Numbered from the stretch's first letter, positions 7,786 to 17,612 are shown. The stretch: 56,758 nucleotides of DNA from an uncultured Clostridiaceae bacterium (GCA_964593045.1 CAZQJQ010000002.1:704-57461), one strand, 5' to 3'. Numbers and translations are program-made. Notes: generated by a model not told the origin, from the sequence alone.

Positions 7786-8664
7786 ATGATTTTTAAAGGA
7801 TCAGCTACTGCGATAATTACTCCTTTTAAGGATGATTATTCTATAAATTTCAAAAAACTAGAAGAATTAATTGAATTTCAAATTTTAAATAACACGGATG
7901 CTATAGTTATATGTGGGACAACTGGTGAATCTAGTACACTTAATAGAGATGAAAAGTTAACGTTAATAAAAAGAACCGTTGAGATAGTAAACAATAGGAT
8001 TCCAGTTATAGCTGGAAGTGGCTCAAATAGTACAGAATATGCTATAGGTATGTCTAAAGAATGTGAAAAACTAGGTGTAAGTGCTTTACTTATAGTAACT
8101 CCATATTACAATAAATGTAGTCAAGATGGGCTATTTTTACATTATGAAAAAATAGCAAAAGCAGTAAAAATACCCATTATATTATACAATGTACCAAGTA
8201 GAACTGGTGTAAACATATCTACAGATACAGTAATAAAATTATCAAAACTTTCTAATATTTGTGGTATAAAAGAAGCAAGTTCTAATATTTCTCAAATTGC
8301 TGAAATTTCAAGTCTTGTACAAGATGACTTTGCAATTTACTCAGGAAATGATGATCAAACATTGCCTATACTTTCTCTTGGTGGTATGGGTGTAATATCT
8401 GTCATTTCAAATATTTTACCAAATGAAATGCATGCTCTTTGTAATAGTTATTTTAGTGGTGATATTGTAAAAGCAAAAAACATACAACTTAAATATTTAG
8501 ATTTAATGAAAAATTTATTTATTGATGTAAATCCAATACCTATTAAAGAGGCAATGAATATTTTAGGATATAACGTGGGACCTACTAGATTACCACTTTC
8601 TAAAATAAGTGATTATAACATGGAAAAACTAAAGGCAAGCTTAAATAAATATAGTAATATATGA
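7786..8664 (+). CDS. dapA: 4-hydroxy-tetrahydrodipicolinate synthase
   Basis: 292 aa. ICGTTGESSTL, TPYYNK, Schiff-base Lys context ICGIKEASSN. AGAGG SD 8 nt upstream. Confidence 0.95.
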   Translation: MIFKGSATAIITPFKDDYSINFKKLEELIEFQILNNTDAIVICGTTGESSTLNRDEKLTLIKRTVEIVNNRIPVIAGSGSNSTEYAIGMSKECEKLGVSALLIVTPYYNKCSQDGLFLHYEKIAKAVKIPIILYNVPSRTGVNISTDTVIKLSKLSNICGIKEASSNISQIAEISSLVQDDFAIYSGNDDQTLPILSLGGMGVISVISNILPNEMHALCNSYFSGDIVKAKNIQLKYLDLMKNLFIDVNPIPIKEAMNILGYNVGPTRLPLSKISDYNMEKLKASLNKYSNI

Positions 8665-8692
8665 AATATCATTGGGGATTTTGCACCAACTG

Positions 8693-8721
8693 TTGACATA
8701 AATTAAATATGGTGATATAAT
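8693..8721 (+). promoter_or_regulatory. sigma-A type promoter (consensus -35, extended -10)
   Basis: TTGACA (8693-8698), 17-nt spacer, TGaTATAAT (8713-8721). Confidence 0.6.
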
Positions 8722-8744
8722 TATATAAATTTTTATGAAAGGCA

Positions 8745-9128
8745 GTGAGTCTAATGACTTTCGAAGAAATTGCAGACATAGTTCGGTATAATGTTCCAAA
8801 AACAGATATTGTAACCCGCACAACTATATCTTCATTTGCGTTGAATTCTGATTTACCATTTTCGTATGATCAGATTGTAAATTTAGGTATGGCATATCAA
8901 TCATGTTACAAAAGTGTTGTGAAAAATGTTACTTCTAAATCGCAAAAACCTTGTAATTCTACATTATGGGTAAATTCACTTGATGATCTTGACTTTATGT
9001 TTGACACTATTATTAAACAATTGGGACCAAAATATTTTTCAAAATTTAGCCAATTTGAAATTAAAAAACATGTTTTTACAATGTCACCTAACCAAATATG
9101 CAAAACCATATATCCAAAATTATTTTAA
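8745..9128 (+). CDS. hypothetical protein
   Basis: 127-aa ORF (GTG at 8745, or ATG at 8754 giving MTFEEIADIV...). It lies between a consensus promoter and a strong terminator. I recognise no family signature. Confidence 0.5.
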   Translation: MSLMTFEEIADIVRYNVPKTDIVTRTTISSFALNSDLPFSYDQIVNLGMAYQSCYKSVVKNVTSKSQKPCNSTLWVNSLDDLDFMFDTIIKQLGPKYFSKFSQFEIKKHVFTMSPNQICKTIYPKLF

Positions 9129-9133
9129 AAAAA

Positions 9134-9162
9134 ACACCGCATTTTTTTGCGGTGTCTTTTTT
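9134..9162. terminator. bidirectional intrinsic terminator
   Basis: acaccgc/gcggtgt stem (9134-9140/9149-9155), flanked by an A-run upstream and a T-run downstream. It sits between convergent genes. Confidence 0.7.
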
Positions 9163-9541
9163 AAAATACTGTATCTATTTGTATATCTTGAGTACTAGCA
9201 ACATGATTTAATAAATACTTTAATACATTTCCAGATACGAGGGCTTCTTCTTTTTTTTCTAAACTCACATATTCTTTGTATTTTATAATTTCGCTCTCTA
9301 CTTTATCTATTTCTTGATGCTCTATAAATATATTCCATACATCTTTTATATTACTCCATGATTCATCAAGTGATTTTAAATGATTTTTTGCAAGTTCAAA
9401 ATTGTTGTTATTTAATGCATTAATTATATAATCGACATCTGCTTGCATATATTCTGAAGTATTATCAAAATATTTTATTTCCCAAATTCCTGCAAAAATT
9501 AAAATTATCGTTGTAATTATTAAAATTATATATTGTTTCAT
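9161..9541 (-). CDS. DUF4363 family protein
   Basis: 126 aa. N-terminal TM, then W..IK..W.IFIEH.EIDK.E pattern (SWSNIKDVWNIFIEHQEIDKVESE). Overlaps and follows a DUF421 gene, the usual pairing in Clostridia. Confidence 0.6.
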   Translation of the reverse strand: MKQYIILIITTIILIFAGIWEIKYFDNTSEYMQADVDYIINALNNNNFELAKNHLKSLDESWSNIKDVWNIFIEHQEIDKVESEIIKYKEYVSLEKKEEALVSGNVLKYLLNHVASTQDIQIDTVF

Positions 9542-10206
9542 TTTTGCACCTCTTTTAATTGATACAGAAAATTTGAATTTTGATCCATTGTACCAATTAA
9601 AACATTTTCTTTTTTAATATTTTTCTTTTCGAGTATCTGTTCTATTTCGCTTTTTGATATATTTAATACGTTTAGACTATGCTCTACATATTCTCCATCT
9701 TCAATTACATCAAGCGGTATATTTTCCATATTATCTGAGTTTTTTATAATATTTAATTTACCGTTATTTTCAAGTATTGCATATTTGACATCTTGAACCA
9801 TAAATACTTCCTTTTCTCTTAGTTGTTGCATTAAATCAGATACCGTATATTGTTGTTTTTTAAGTTCTTCTTCGTTTATTTTTCCATTTTCTATAAGTAT
9901 GGCAATATTACCACAAAGAACACTTTGCACTTTATTATTCGACTGAATTAGTAGTGTAAATATTATATATGATACTAATAATGCAAGTATTGGTATTATA
10001 CCATCAAACATTGATATACCTTTTGAAGCCATGGGACCAGATGCTAGATCTGCTATTAAAATTATTATAGCAAGTTCAAAAGGTTGAACCTTTGAAAGTT
10101 CTCTTTTTCCCATAAGTCGTATAACGAAAAAAACTACTATGTATAAAATAAAAGCTCTTAAAAAAACAACTAACATTATATCATCTCCTAAAAGTATTTT
10201 TTGCAT
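9538..10206 (-). CDS. DUF421 (YetF-like) membrane protein
   Basis: 222 aa. FLRAFILYIVVFFVIRLMGKRELSKVQPFELAIIILIADLAS is the characteristic YetF/DUF421 N-terminus. 4-nt overlap with the next gene. Confidence 0.75.
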   Translation of the reverse strand: MQKILLGDDIMLVVFLRAFILYIVVFFVIRLMGKRELSKVQPFELAIIILIADLASGPMASKGISMFDGIIPILALLVSYIIFTLLIQSNNKVQSVLCGNIAILIENGKINEEELKKQQYTVSDLMQQLREKEVFMVQDVKYAILENNGKLNIIKNSDNMENIPLDVIEDGEYVEHSLNVLNISKSEIEQILEKKNIKKENVLIGTMDQNSNFLYQLKEVQK

Positions 10207-10255
10207 AAATTATTTTTTTATACAAATAATATTTGTAAATTATGGAGGTAATAAT

Positions 10256-10621
10256 ATGTTAGATGATGATTACGAAAATATTTCTGATAAACTTAGAATA
10301 TTTCAAATGATTATACGTTTTGTAGCATCTGTTTCAATATTTTCTGTAACTGTTTTCTTTACACCAAATTTTAATATTTCATCATTTTGGATATTAATAC
10401 TTAGCTCTATTGTTATAATAATACTTGATTATCTTATGTCAATTGTGACTGGAATACATGATATTCCTTTAGGAAGAGGATTTGTTGGGTTTACATGTGC
10501 AGCTATTATAATATACATAACACAGTTTTTTGTTGCTGGATATTATATAAGTGTTATAAGTAGTTTAATTGCTGCAGCTATATATGGTGTTATAGATAGT
10601 ATGTTACCAAACAAAGTATAA
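10256..10621 (+). CDS. small integral membrane protein (hypothetical; DUF2512/YndM-like at best)
   Basis: I place the start at ATG 10256, preceded by GGAGG (10244-10248), rather than at the track's 10139, which overlaps the divergent DUF421 gene. 121 aa, 3-4 TM segments. Terminator downstream. Confidence 0.55.
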   Translation: MLDDDYENISDKLRIFQMIIRFVASVSIFSVTVFFTPNFNISSFWILILSSIVIIILDYLMSIVTGIHDIPLGRGFVGFTCAAIIIYITQFFVAGYYISVISSLIAAAIYGVIDSMLPNKV

Positions 10622-10627
10622 TATAAA

Positions 10628-10661
10628 AACAGAGTATATTTTCAAATACACTCTGTTTTTT
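10628..10661 (+). terminator. intrinsic terminator
   Basis: aacagagtata...tacactctgtt stem (one mismatch) followed by a T-run, directly after the stop at 10621. Confidence 0.6.
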
Positions 10662-10853
10662 ATCAACTATTATTTATTTTATATTATTACCTATATTTTA
10701 TTGTTATTACCAATGTTATTAAAGAAATACCTTTACTATTTTGTTTCATTTGTTAACCACCATTTACTTTTATATAAAAAATAATATCATATAACTATTT
10801 TAATTTCAATGTTTTTTTGAAATCTTACTAATGTTGACATGTTTTTACAATGT

Positions 10854-12170
10854 CTATTTACAGTATTTTTTTGAAATATTATTACATTCATCTATAGCAA
10901 TTTTTTCATCAAATACACATAACTTTCTGTCTTCCATAACTACTTCACCATTTATTATGGTTGTTAATACATCTTCTCCACTAGCTGAATATACAATATT
11001 TGAATATACATCATTTAAAGGATTAAGTCTAATTGATTTTCCATCTATTATTATTATATCTGCATATTTTCCTTCTTTTATACTACCTATTTTATCTTCC
11101 ATATTTAATACTTTAGCTCCATTTATCGTAGCAAGTTGTATAGTTGTATATGCATCTATACATGTACTATCAAGCGTACTTACTTTTTGCATATAATTTG
11201 CAAGTTTCATCTCAAGAAACATATCTAATGTATTTGTACTACAGTTTCCATCTGTACCAAGTGAAACATTGATTCCTTCTTTTATATACTTTGTAATTGG
11301 TGCTATACCTGATGCAAGTTTTGCGTTGCTTACTGGATTATGTGCTATTCCTCCTTTTATATTTTTAAGGAGTTTTATATCACTATCAGTAGCCCAAACT
11401 CCATGTGCAATTACTAGCGGTATTTCTAATGCACCAATTTCTTTTAAAAGTTCAAATGGAGTCATATTATATTTTTCTTTTATTATTTTTATTTCATCTT
11501 GTGTTTCAGCAAGATGAATATGCATTGATATGTTATTTTCTTTTGCTATTTTTACACATCTTTTTAGTGTATCTTTGCTACATACATATGGAGAATGAGG
11601 TCCAACCATTATATTTATCATATCATCTTTATTACAGTATTTGTGAATTAACTCTAGTGTTTCTTTTATTCGTATATCTTCATTATCCTTTGTATCCATT
11701 ATGCATCTAGATATAACAGTCCTAATTTTAGATTCTTTTGCTGCCTTTATTGTGGCATCTACTAAAAAATACATATCTAAGAATGTTGTTGTTCCTGTTT
11801 TTATCATTTCCAATATACCTGCTTTTGAACTTTTGTATATGTCATCACTATTTAATTTATCTTCGATTGGCCATATTTTTTTATTTAACCAGTCCATTAA
11901 ATTAAGTCCATCTGCATATCCTTTTAAAAAATTCATTGCTATATGGGAATGTGTGTTTATATATCCAGGCATTACAATATTTGAGCTTGCATCAATTATT
12001 TTCAGGTCATTCTCATTTTCTTTTTTTATATCTTCTACTTGTATATCTTTATCTATTTTTTTTATGTAGTTATTTTCAATTAAAATATCTTTTAGCCCTG
12101 TATTATTCTTGTTTTCAACATCTATTACAATCCCATTTTTTATTAATATTTTACTCATTTTTATCTCCAT
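10854..12170 (-). CDS. mtaD: amidohydrolase, 5-methylthioadenosine/S-adenosylhomocysteine deaminase-like
   Basis: 438 aa. PGYINTHSHIAMNFLKGYADGLNLMDWL (metal-binding HxH), HLAET, GTDG. Classic MtaD/chlorohydrolase subfamily layout. Confidence 0.75.
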   Translation of the reverse strand: MEIKMSKILIKNGIVIDVENKNNTGLKDILIENNYIKKIDKDIQVEDIKKENENDLKIIDASSNIVMPGYINTHSHIAMNFLKGYADGLNLMDWLNKKIWPIEDKLNSDDIYKSSKAGILEMIKTGTTTFLDMYFLVDATIKAAKESKIRTVISRCIMDTKDNEDIRIKETLELIHKYCNKDDMINIMVGPHSPYVCSKDTLKRCVKIAKENNISMHIHLAETQDEIKIIKEKYNMTPFELLKEIGALEIPLVIAHGVWATDSDIKLLKNIKGGIAHNPVSNAKLASGIAPITKYIKEGINVSLGTDGNCSTNTLDMFLEMKLANYMQKVSTLDSTCIDAYTTIQLATINGAKVLNMEDKIGSIKEGKYADIIIIDGKSIRLNPLNDVYSNIVYSASGEDVLTTIINGEVVMEDRKLCVFDEKIAIDECNNISKKYCK

Positions 12171-12190
12171 TTTCTAATTAGTTTATTTTA

Positions 12191-13942
12191 TTAATCTTCA
12201 TATACTTCTTGTATATGATATTTTGTATGCATTATTTCATGAGCTTTCTTAGAATTTGGTTTTTCTAAAAATTCATCATATATTTTTATAACTTCAGGAT
12301 TTTTATATGATATTCTATACTTAGCATCTTTATCTGCTTTATATAGTGCTTGGGCCCTTAATTTTCGTATATCTATTTTAGCTTTTTCGTATGATGTATG
12401 TAGAGGTTGACCTCCGCCCATTATACATCCACCTGGACAGGTCATCACTTCTATAAAACTATACTTTGATTTACCTTCTTTTATTTCATCCATTAATTTT
12501 CCTACATTTTTAAGACCTTGTGCTACAGCAATCCAAATTTGTCTGTCTCCCAAACTAATCTTTGCCTCTTTAATTCCTTCATTACCTCTAATCTCAGCAA
12601 ATTCAATATTTTCTAGTTCTTTATTTGTATATAACTCAGAGATAGATCTAAGAGCAGCTTCCATAACTCCACCTGTAACACCAAATAGATGTCCTGCACC
12701 TGTTGCTTCTCCTAGCGGTGAATCAAAATCCTCATCTTCTACATAACGTATGTCTATATTTGCTTCTTTTAACATTCTTGCTGCTTCTCTTGTTGTTATG
12801 ACTTGATCAACCATTTGAATTCCATCCATTTTAAGTTCTTCTCTTACTGCTTCAGCTTTTTTAGCACTACATGGCATTAATGCAACTGAGTAAATATCTT
12901 TTTCATCTATTCCAACTTTTTTTGCATAGTATTTTTTTATAAGGACAGCCATAATCTCCATTGGTGATTTTGTAGTTGACAGATGGTCTAATATATCAGG
13001 ATAAAATTTTTCTGCAAAAGTAATCCAACCACTACTACATGATGTAATCATAGGTAACTTTCCACCATTTTGAAGTCTTGATATAAACTCTGTGCCTTCT
13101 TCCATTATTGTTATATCTGCTGCAAGATCTGTGTCAAATACCTTATCAAATCCAAGCTTTCTAAGTCCTGAAACAAGTTTTTTTGTTGCAAGTGTTCCAA
13201 TAGGCATTCCAAATTCTTCACCTATTGTAGCTCTTACTGCTGGTGCAACTTGTACAATTACATGTTTTTTCTTATCGTTTAATGCATCTTTTACATCATA
13301 TGTATAATCTTTTTCAGTAAGTGCTCCGGTTGGACAGTTTATAATACACTGTCCACAACCAACACAAGTAGATTTTGCAATAGTCTTGTTTAAAGCAACA
13401 CCTACATGAGTTTTAAATCCTCTTTCCATAGTTTCAATTGCAGATACACCTTGTACTTTTTTACATACATTTACGCATCTTCTACATAGTATACATTTAG
13501 AATTATCCCTTACAATACACTTAGAATCAGCATCTATTTTTGTTTTTGTCATAGCTCCTTCAAATGGGACATCCTTAATTCCAAACTTTTTACATAAAGT
13601 TTGCAACTCACAATTTGTATTTCTAACACATGTAAGACATGTTTTATTATGATTTGATAATATTAACTCTAGAATTGTTTTCTTTGTTTCAATTAAATCA
13701 GGCGTATTTGTCCTTACAACCATACCTTCTGTTACTGGATATACACATGAAGCAACATATCCTCTTGCACCCTCTACTTCAACAATACACATTCTACAAG
13801 CACCAACTTCATTAATTTCTTTTAAAAAACATAGAGTAGGTATATCAATATCAATTTTTCTTGCAGCATCTAATATAGTAGAGCCCTCTTCTATTGATAC
13901 ATTTCTTCCATCAATAGTTAAATTTATCATTTTTTTACTCAT
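12191..13942 (-). CDS. hydA: [FeFe]-hydrogenase catalytic subunit (HydA of HydABC/Hnd type), with atypical L1 motif
   Basis: 583 aa. N-terminal 2Fe-2S and multiple 4Fe-4S Cys clusters. H-cluster motifs L2 MPCSAKKAE and L3 EVMTCPGGCIMGGGQP are present. L1 reads TSCSSGW (13025-13045) instead of TSCCPxW. Confidence 0.9.
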   Translation of the reverse strand: MSKKMINLTIDGRNVSIEEGSTILDAARKIDIDIPTLCFLKEINEVGACRMCIVEVEGARGYVASCVYPVTEGMVVRTNTPDLIETKKTILELILSNHNKTCLTCVRNTNCELQTLCKKFGIKDVPFEGAMTKTKIDADSKCIVRDNSKCILCRRCVNVCKKVQGVSAIETMERGFKTHVGVALNKTIAKSTCVGCGQCIINCPTGALTEKDYTYDVKDALNDKKKHVIVQVAPAVRATIGEEFGMPIGTLATKKLVSGLRKLGFDKVFDTDLAADITIMEEGTEFISRLQNGGKLPMITSCSSGWITFAEKFYPDILDHLSTTKSPMEIMAVLIKKYYAKKVGIDEKDIYSVALMPCSAKKAEAVREELKMDGIQMVDQVITTREAARMLKEANIDIRYVEDEDFDSPLGEATGAGHLFGVTGGVMEAALRSISELYTNKELENIEFAEIRGNEGIKEAKISLGDRQIWIAVAQGLKNVGKLMDEIKEGKSKYSFIEVMTCPGGCIMGGGQPLHTSYEKAKIDIRKLRAQALYKADKDAKYRISYKNPEVIKIYDEFLEKPNSKKAHEIMHTKYHIQEVYED

Positions 13943-13953
13943 TATAATACCCC

Positions 13954-15789
13954 CTACTTACTGATTGCTTTGAATGGACATTTTGCTACACATGCCATAC
14001 ATTTTATACATTTATCTTGATTTATTTTAAATGGTCCTTGCCTTACAACACCATCTATTGCTGAATTAGGACATACTTTTTGACACAAACCACATTGTTT
14101 GCATTTTTCAGGATCAATAGTAACTTTACTAAGTGCTCTACATTCATGAGCAGGACATTTTTTTTCTACTATATGTGCAATATACTCATCTTTGTAATAT
14201 CTAAGAGTGCTAAGTACAGGATTTGGTGCTGTTTGTCCAAGTCCACAAAGTGAACCTTTTTTAATATGACTTGCAAGTCTTTCTAATTTATCAATATCAT
14301 CTAGTCTACCTCTTCCTTCTGTTATTCTAGTTAATATTTCAAGCATTCTCTTTGTACCAATTCTACATGGAGAACATTTACCACATGATTCATCTACAGT
14401 AAATTCTAAGAAAAATTTTGCAATATTTACCATACATTTATCTTCATCCATAACGATAAGCCCACCTGAACCCATCATTGAACCAATTTTATTTAATGAT
14501 TCATAATCTATTGGCAAATCTAAATATTCTTCAGGTATACAACCCCCACTCGGTCCTCCCGTTTGAGCTGCCTTAAATTTTTTACCATTAGGTATTCCTC
14601 CACCAATATCATAAACAATTTCTCTTAGTGTAGTACCCATTGGAACTTCCACAAGTCCCACGTTGTTTATATTTCCACCAAGTGCAAACACCTTTGTTCC
14701 CTTTGATGATTCAGTTCCAATTGATGAAAACCAATCTGCACCTTTTAATATTATTTGAGGAATATTTGAAAGAGTTTCTACATTATTTAATATTGTTGGT
14801 TTACCAAATAGTCCTTTTATAGCAGGAAAAGGTGGTCGTGGTCGTGGTTCTCCTCTTTTACCTTCTATTGAATTCATAAGAGCAGTTTCTTCTCCACATA
14901 CAAATGCCCCTGCACCTAATCTTAATTCAATATTAAAATTAAAGTCGGAACCAAAAATATTGTTTCCAAGTAAACCATATTCTCTTGCTTGATCTATTGC
15001 AATAGTAAGTCGTTCAACTGCAATTGGATATTCTGCACGAACATATATATATCCTTGTGAAGAACCAATTGCATAACCTGCAATTGCCATTGCTTCTAGT
15101 ACACTGTGAGGATCACCTTCTAATATACTTCTATCCATAAATGCCCCTGGATCGCCTTCGTCAGCATTACAACACACATATTTTACATCACTTTCTACAG
15201 CTTTTGCAAATTGCCATTTTTTACCTGTTGGAAAGCCTGCACCGCCTCTTCCTCTTAAACCAGATTTTAGCATTACATCTATTACTTCATCTTGATTATA
15301 TTCAGTAAGTACTTTTTTTAAAGCTTGATAACCATCATTTGCTATATACTCATCTATATTTTCAGGATTTATATATCCACAATTTCTAAGTACAACTCTT
15401 TTTTGTTTTTTGTAGAAATTAAGTTCATGCCATTTTTCAATAAACAAAGATTCTTCTTTTGGCATTAATCTTTCTACTCTTGTTCCATTTTTAATGGCAT
15501 CCGCAATATCTTTTGCATCTTCTACTTTAACAAGCTCATAGAAAGTCTGATCTGGTTCAATTACTACAATAGGTCCTTTTGCACAAAATCCAAAACAACC
15601 TGTTTTAGAACATACTGCATTTATCTCAAGCTTTTTTAATTCCTCTTTTATAGCCTCTAAAATTTTATCACTATTTGATGAAGTACAACCTGTACCAGAA
15701 CATACCATTACTCTAACTTTTTTAAGCTTTGGAAGTATACTTGTTTTTATACTATCTAAATCAACCGTTTTAACAGAATTTTTTTTCAT
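13954..15789 (-). CDS. hydB: NuoF-like NAD(P)H-binding flavoprotein subunit of the hydrogenase (HydB/HndC)
   Basis: GRGGAGFPTGKKW, SCGKCSPCR, and two C-terminal CxxCxxCxxxCP ferredoxin motifs. I chose the start at ATG 15789 (AAGGGGA SD) over 15813, which has no SD. Confidence 0.9.
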   Translation of the reverse strand: MKKNSVKTVDLDSIKTSILPKLKKVRVMVCSGTGCTSSNSDKILEAIKEELKKLEINAVCSKTGCFGFCAKGPIVVIEPDQTFYELVKVEDAKDIADAIKNGTRVERLMPKEESLFIEKWHELNFYKKQKRVVLRNCGYINPENIDEYIANDGYQALKKVLTEYNQDEVIDVMLKSGLRGRGGAGFPTGKKWQFAKAVESDVKYVCCNADEGDPGAFMDRSILEGDPHSVLEAMAIAGYAIGSSQGYIYVRAEYPIAVERLTIAIDQAREYGLLGNNIFGSDFNFNIELRLGAGAFVCGEETALMNSIEGKRGEPRPRPPFPAIKGLFGKPTILNNVETLSNIPQIILKGADWFSSIGTESSKGTKVFALGGNINNVGLVEVPMGTTLREIVYDIGGGIPNGKKFKAAQTGGPSGGCIPEEYLDLPIDYESLNKIGSMMGSGGLIVMDEDKCMVNIAKFFLEFTVDESCGKCSPCRIGTKRMLEILTRITEGRGRLDDIDKLERLASHIKKGSLCGLGQTAPNPVLSTLRYYKDEYIAHIVEKKCPAHECRALSKVTIDPEKCKQCGLCQKVCPNSAIDGVVRQGPFKINQDKCIKCMACVAKCPFKAISK

Positions 15790-15805
15790 ACCTACAATCC
15801 CCTTT

Positions 15806-16291
15806 TTAATCATTATATTTATTTAAAATTTGATCAACCATATCAGGTGTTACCTTACCATATACTTCTTTATTTACAACAATAGCAGGAGCAAGTCCAC
15901 ATGCGCCGATACATCTTACAGCTTCTAAAGAAAATTTTCCATCTTCAGTTACTTGTCCTTCTTCTATTTTTAGTTTTTCTTTAAATTCTTTTAATACACT
16001 TTCAGCACCTTTTACATAACATGCTGTTCCTAAACATACCTGAATATTATATTTACCTTTTGGCATAAGTGAAAATCTAGAATAGAATGTTATAACCCCA
16101 TAAACTTCACTAAGTGGTACATTTAACTCCTTAGAAAGATATTTTTGACACGCCTCTGATATATATCCATAAGTATCTTGTATTTCATGTAATGCAGCTA
16201 TAAGTCCACCATCTATATTTTTATATTTATCAACTATTTTTACTACTTTTTCATCAACCGTAAGTCCAGTACAACCTTTACAATGTTCCAT
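15806..16291 (-). CDS. hydC: NuoE-like [2Fe-2S] subunit of the hydrogenase (HydC/HndA)
   Basis: 161 aa. VCLGTACYVKG ... CIGACGLAP thioredoxin-like 2Fe-2S motif. GGAGGTAG SD. Confidence 0.9.
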   Translation of the reverse strand: MEHCKGCTGLTVDEKVVKIVDKYKNIDGGLIAALHEIQDTYGYISEACQKYLSKELNVPLSEVYGVITFYSRFSLMPKGKYNIQVCLGTACYVKGAESVLKEFKEKLKIEEGQVTEDGKFSLEAVRCIGACGLAPAIVVNKEVYGKVTPDMVDQILNKYND

Positions 16292-16318
16292 AAAACTACC
16301 TCCATATAATTTAAATAT

Positions 16319-16347
16319 ATTTTATACTATACGTAAAAAAATTGCAA
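16319..16347 (-). promoter_or_regulatory. putative sigma-A promoter of hydCBA
   Basis: Minus strand TTGCAA (16347-16342), 17-nt spacer, TAAAAT (16324-16319), about 30 nt upstream of the hydC ATG. Confidence 0.4.
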
Positions 16348-16375
16348 TACATTTCGTATTTTATTACATTTTTTG

Positions 16376-16409
16376 AAAAAAAAAATAAGTGGCCACAATA
16401 TGTGACCAC
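16376..16409 (-). terminator. intrinsic terminator
   Basis: Minus-strand stem GTGGTCACA/TGTGGCCAC (one G-U pair), 3-nt loop, then TTA plus a 10-T run. It separates the upstream orphan gene from the hyd operon. Confidence 0.65.
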
Positions 16410-16417
16410 CAAAAAAC

Positions 16418-16846
16418 TTATGATACCATTTGTTCTTGACTTTGAAGATGAATAGTATATTTCACCCCATCAAATTCAATAAATGGTACTTGAACGAATG
16501 CATTTTTTATTACAACTATGTTTTCAGTCTTGCCATAATACTTTTGCCCTTCATGCAAAACAGCAAAAGTCACCCCATCTTCATCAGATTCAACATATTT
16601 ATATGAATCTTCTATAGTACCAAGAGGTACTAAGGTGTATTTTTTGCCCTGCTCAATTACAGGAAACTCTTCTTCCGAAGATGATACTGACTCCGTAGGA
16701 GTTACTTTATTCATCCTATCAATATATGCATTAAGAGCATACTTTGCATAGAATACTGCTACAAGATAGATGGATAATGCAAGTAATGCAATCCCAACTT
16801 TTTGTAACCGTTTGTCTTTTTGATCATTCGTTAGATTTTTCCACAT
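16418..16846 (-). CDS. hypothetical membrane-anchored protein
   Basis: I place the start at ATG 16846, preceded by AAGGAGGA; the track's longer start translates the SD. 142 aa with a single N-terminal TM (VGIALLALSIYLVAVFYAKYAL). No recognised family. Confidence 0.5.
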   Translation of the reverse strand: MWKNLTNDQKDKRLQKVGIALLALSIYLVAVFYAKYALNAYIDRMNKVTPTESVSSSEEEFPVIEQGKKYTLVPLGTIEDSYKYVESDEDGVTFAVLHEGQKYYGKTENIVVIKNAFVQVPFIEFDGVKYTIHLQSQEQMVS

Positions 16847-16896
16847 TCTAATTCCTCCTTGCAATTATGCAAAAATATTTTTTGATTTACATAATT

Positions 16897-16925
16897 ATTT
16901 TAACATAAATTTATATAAATTGCAA
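16897..16925 (-). promoter_or_regulatory. putative sigma-A promoter
   Basis: Minus strand TTGCAA (16925-16920), 17-nt spacer, TAAAAT (16902-16897). Confidence 0.4.
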
Positions 16926-16930
16926 GGATT

Positions 16931-17563
16931 TTACCTAAGGTTCTTCTCTCCAGCTATTTTTTTATCAAGTTCATTACACATATTTTGATATCCATCATTT
17001 TTTGCCACTTCACTATGACTATATGTTTTTTTAGATAATGTGTCTTTTAGAAGTGATTTTTGTTTTTGTTTTAACATTGTTTCATATTTTTTTTCAAATT
17101 CTTTATCAATATATCTTCTTTTAGTATATCTTCCATATTCATCTGTCTCAAGTGCACCTATGTAGTTAGTTGTTTGAGACTTAACATCATCTTTATTAAA
17201 AAATCCTTTAAATAACGAATACTGTGTTTCATACAATCTCATATAATATTCTTTAGTCTGATTCAAATATCTACCATCATGTAATCTTAATATAGCAGGA
17301 TCAACTAAATATTCTTTTCCAGAAAGTTCAGTACATTTTCCCATTTCATTTGGATCATCATATGAAACACGAATTTTTTGGAGTTTCTTACCTTCTATTT
17401 CTACCATATCATTATCATCAATCCATATGTCAGTTTTTATTCCTGTAGAGTTACTTATATATGACAAATCTGACTGTTTTATATCTGCATAACTATTTAC
17501 TCTTTTATTTGTTTCATTTTGTATATTTTTATTCTCTTTTTTTCCTAAATTAAAAATACCCAT
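16931..17563 (-). CDS. hypothetical protein
   Basis: 210-aa ORF, soluble and Lys/Tyr/Asp-rich. It is far too long to be chance in DNA this AT-rich. No recognised signature. Confidence 0.5.
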   Translation of the reverse strand: MGIFNLGKKENKNIQNETNKRVNSYADIKQSDLSYISNSTGIKTDIWIDDNDMVEIEGKKLQKIRVSYDDPNEMGKCTELSGKEYLVDPAILRLHDGRYLNQTKEYYMRLYETQYSLFKGFFNKDDVKSQTTNYIGALETDEYGRYTKRRYIDKEFEKKYETMLKQKQKSLLKDTLSKKTYSHSEVAKNDGYQNMCNELDKKIAGEKNLR

Positions 17564-17612
17564 ATATCTACCTCTGTTATTACTTTATTATTTTAACTAA
17601 ATTTGTTAAAAT

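Noticed and set aside
10687-10749. 20-codon minus-strand ORF (MKQNSKGISLITLVITIKYR) resembling a prepilin N-terminus, with a GGTGG SD.
   Set aside because: It is too short to be a pilin and there are no pilus genes nearby. It is most likely chance, or at best a remnant.
16292-16417. Searched the hydCBA promoter region for a Rex-type redox operator (TTGTGAA-N6-TTCACAA-like palindrome).
   Set aside because: I found only a short AATAC-N5-GTATT palindrome and nothing resembling the Rex consensus.
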